From contig JAAILG010000502.1 in the NCBI GenBank assembly GCA_012026655.1, positions 1-64,000 of the forward strand: DNA of 64,000 nt, given 5' to 3'. Under the pieces are notes generated by a model. The model was given only the letters and a program-made list of their open reading frames with translations, made no database searches and was not told where the DNA came from. Below are positions 63,838 to 64,000 of the stretch, in pieces; position 1 is the stretch's first letter, and each line of letters starts with the position of its first letter. This stretch comes from Hydrolagus affinis (lineage: Eukaryota). The position numbers and the translations under genes were made by a program.

Positions 63838-64000
63838 ACACAGTATTGTCTTCCCACAGCCAGGAGTGAGAGCATTTCACTCCAATGGGTACAGAAGAGT
63901 GCAAGGAGAAGCCCACTTTATACTTCTTGCTCTACATCACTTTGAATTGGGGCTAAAATTAAACAGGCTCAATTTCACTATTTTGTGCCAAAAACAGTAA

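Larger units (their letters stand above)
1..64000 (-). other. DNMT3A: Portion of DNMT3A gene (putative intron 4 part, exon 5, intron 5, exon 6, intron 6 part)
   Basis: Two minus-strand exons match DNMT3A exons 5 and 6 in order, size and phase. Exon 7 (AEKKAKVIA...) and exon 4 were not found by eye, so they are inferred to lie outside the window. Confidence 0.8.

Noticed and set aside
1-64000. CRISPR arrays, rRNA, conserved miRNAs, CpG island
   Set aside because: None seen by eye. This is eukaryotic intronic DNA and the recurring motifs are dispersed retroposon tails. A miRNA or snoRNA could have been missed without an Rfam search.

Overview
Vertebrate genomic DNA, CpG-depleted and dense in retroposons. 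The repeat families (tRNA-head SINEs with L2-type tails, L2 and CR1 LINEs, Deu-domain SINE relics) point to a cartilaginous fish, probably a chimaera such as Callorhinchus (inference). The window lies inside a DNMT3A orthologue on the minus strand. It contains a clear 147-bp exon (38846-38700, equivalent to human exon 6, the H2AK119ub-reading UDR region) and a 47-bp exon (41378-41332, equivalent to exon 5). I found neither exon 4 nor exon 7 here. The rest is intron, with many L2/CR1 fragments, more than 20 SINE pieces, an intact hAT-Charlie MITE and three Tigger/pogo deletion derivatives. Best leads: (1) a possible DNMT3A2-like internal promoter/first exon near 18.2-18.5 kb plus an unannotated in-frame 186-bp exon at 7619-7434 that could give DNMT3A a new N-terminus; (2) a Jerky-like Tigger element with a ~105-bp-stem internal palindrome just before its ATG; (3) a long-form SINE subfamily with an extra central domain. 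Repeat coordinates are approximate, family names come from recalled consensus motifs rather than database searches, and almost all ORFs in the supplied track are repeat-derived or spurious.
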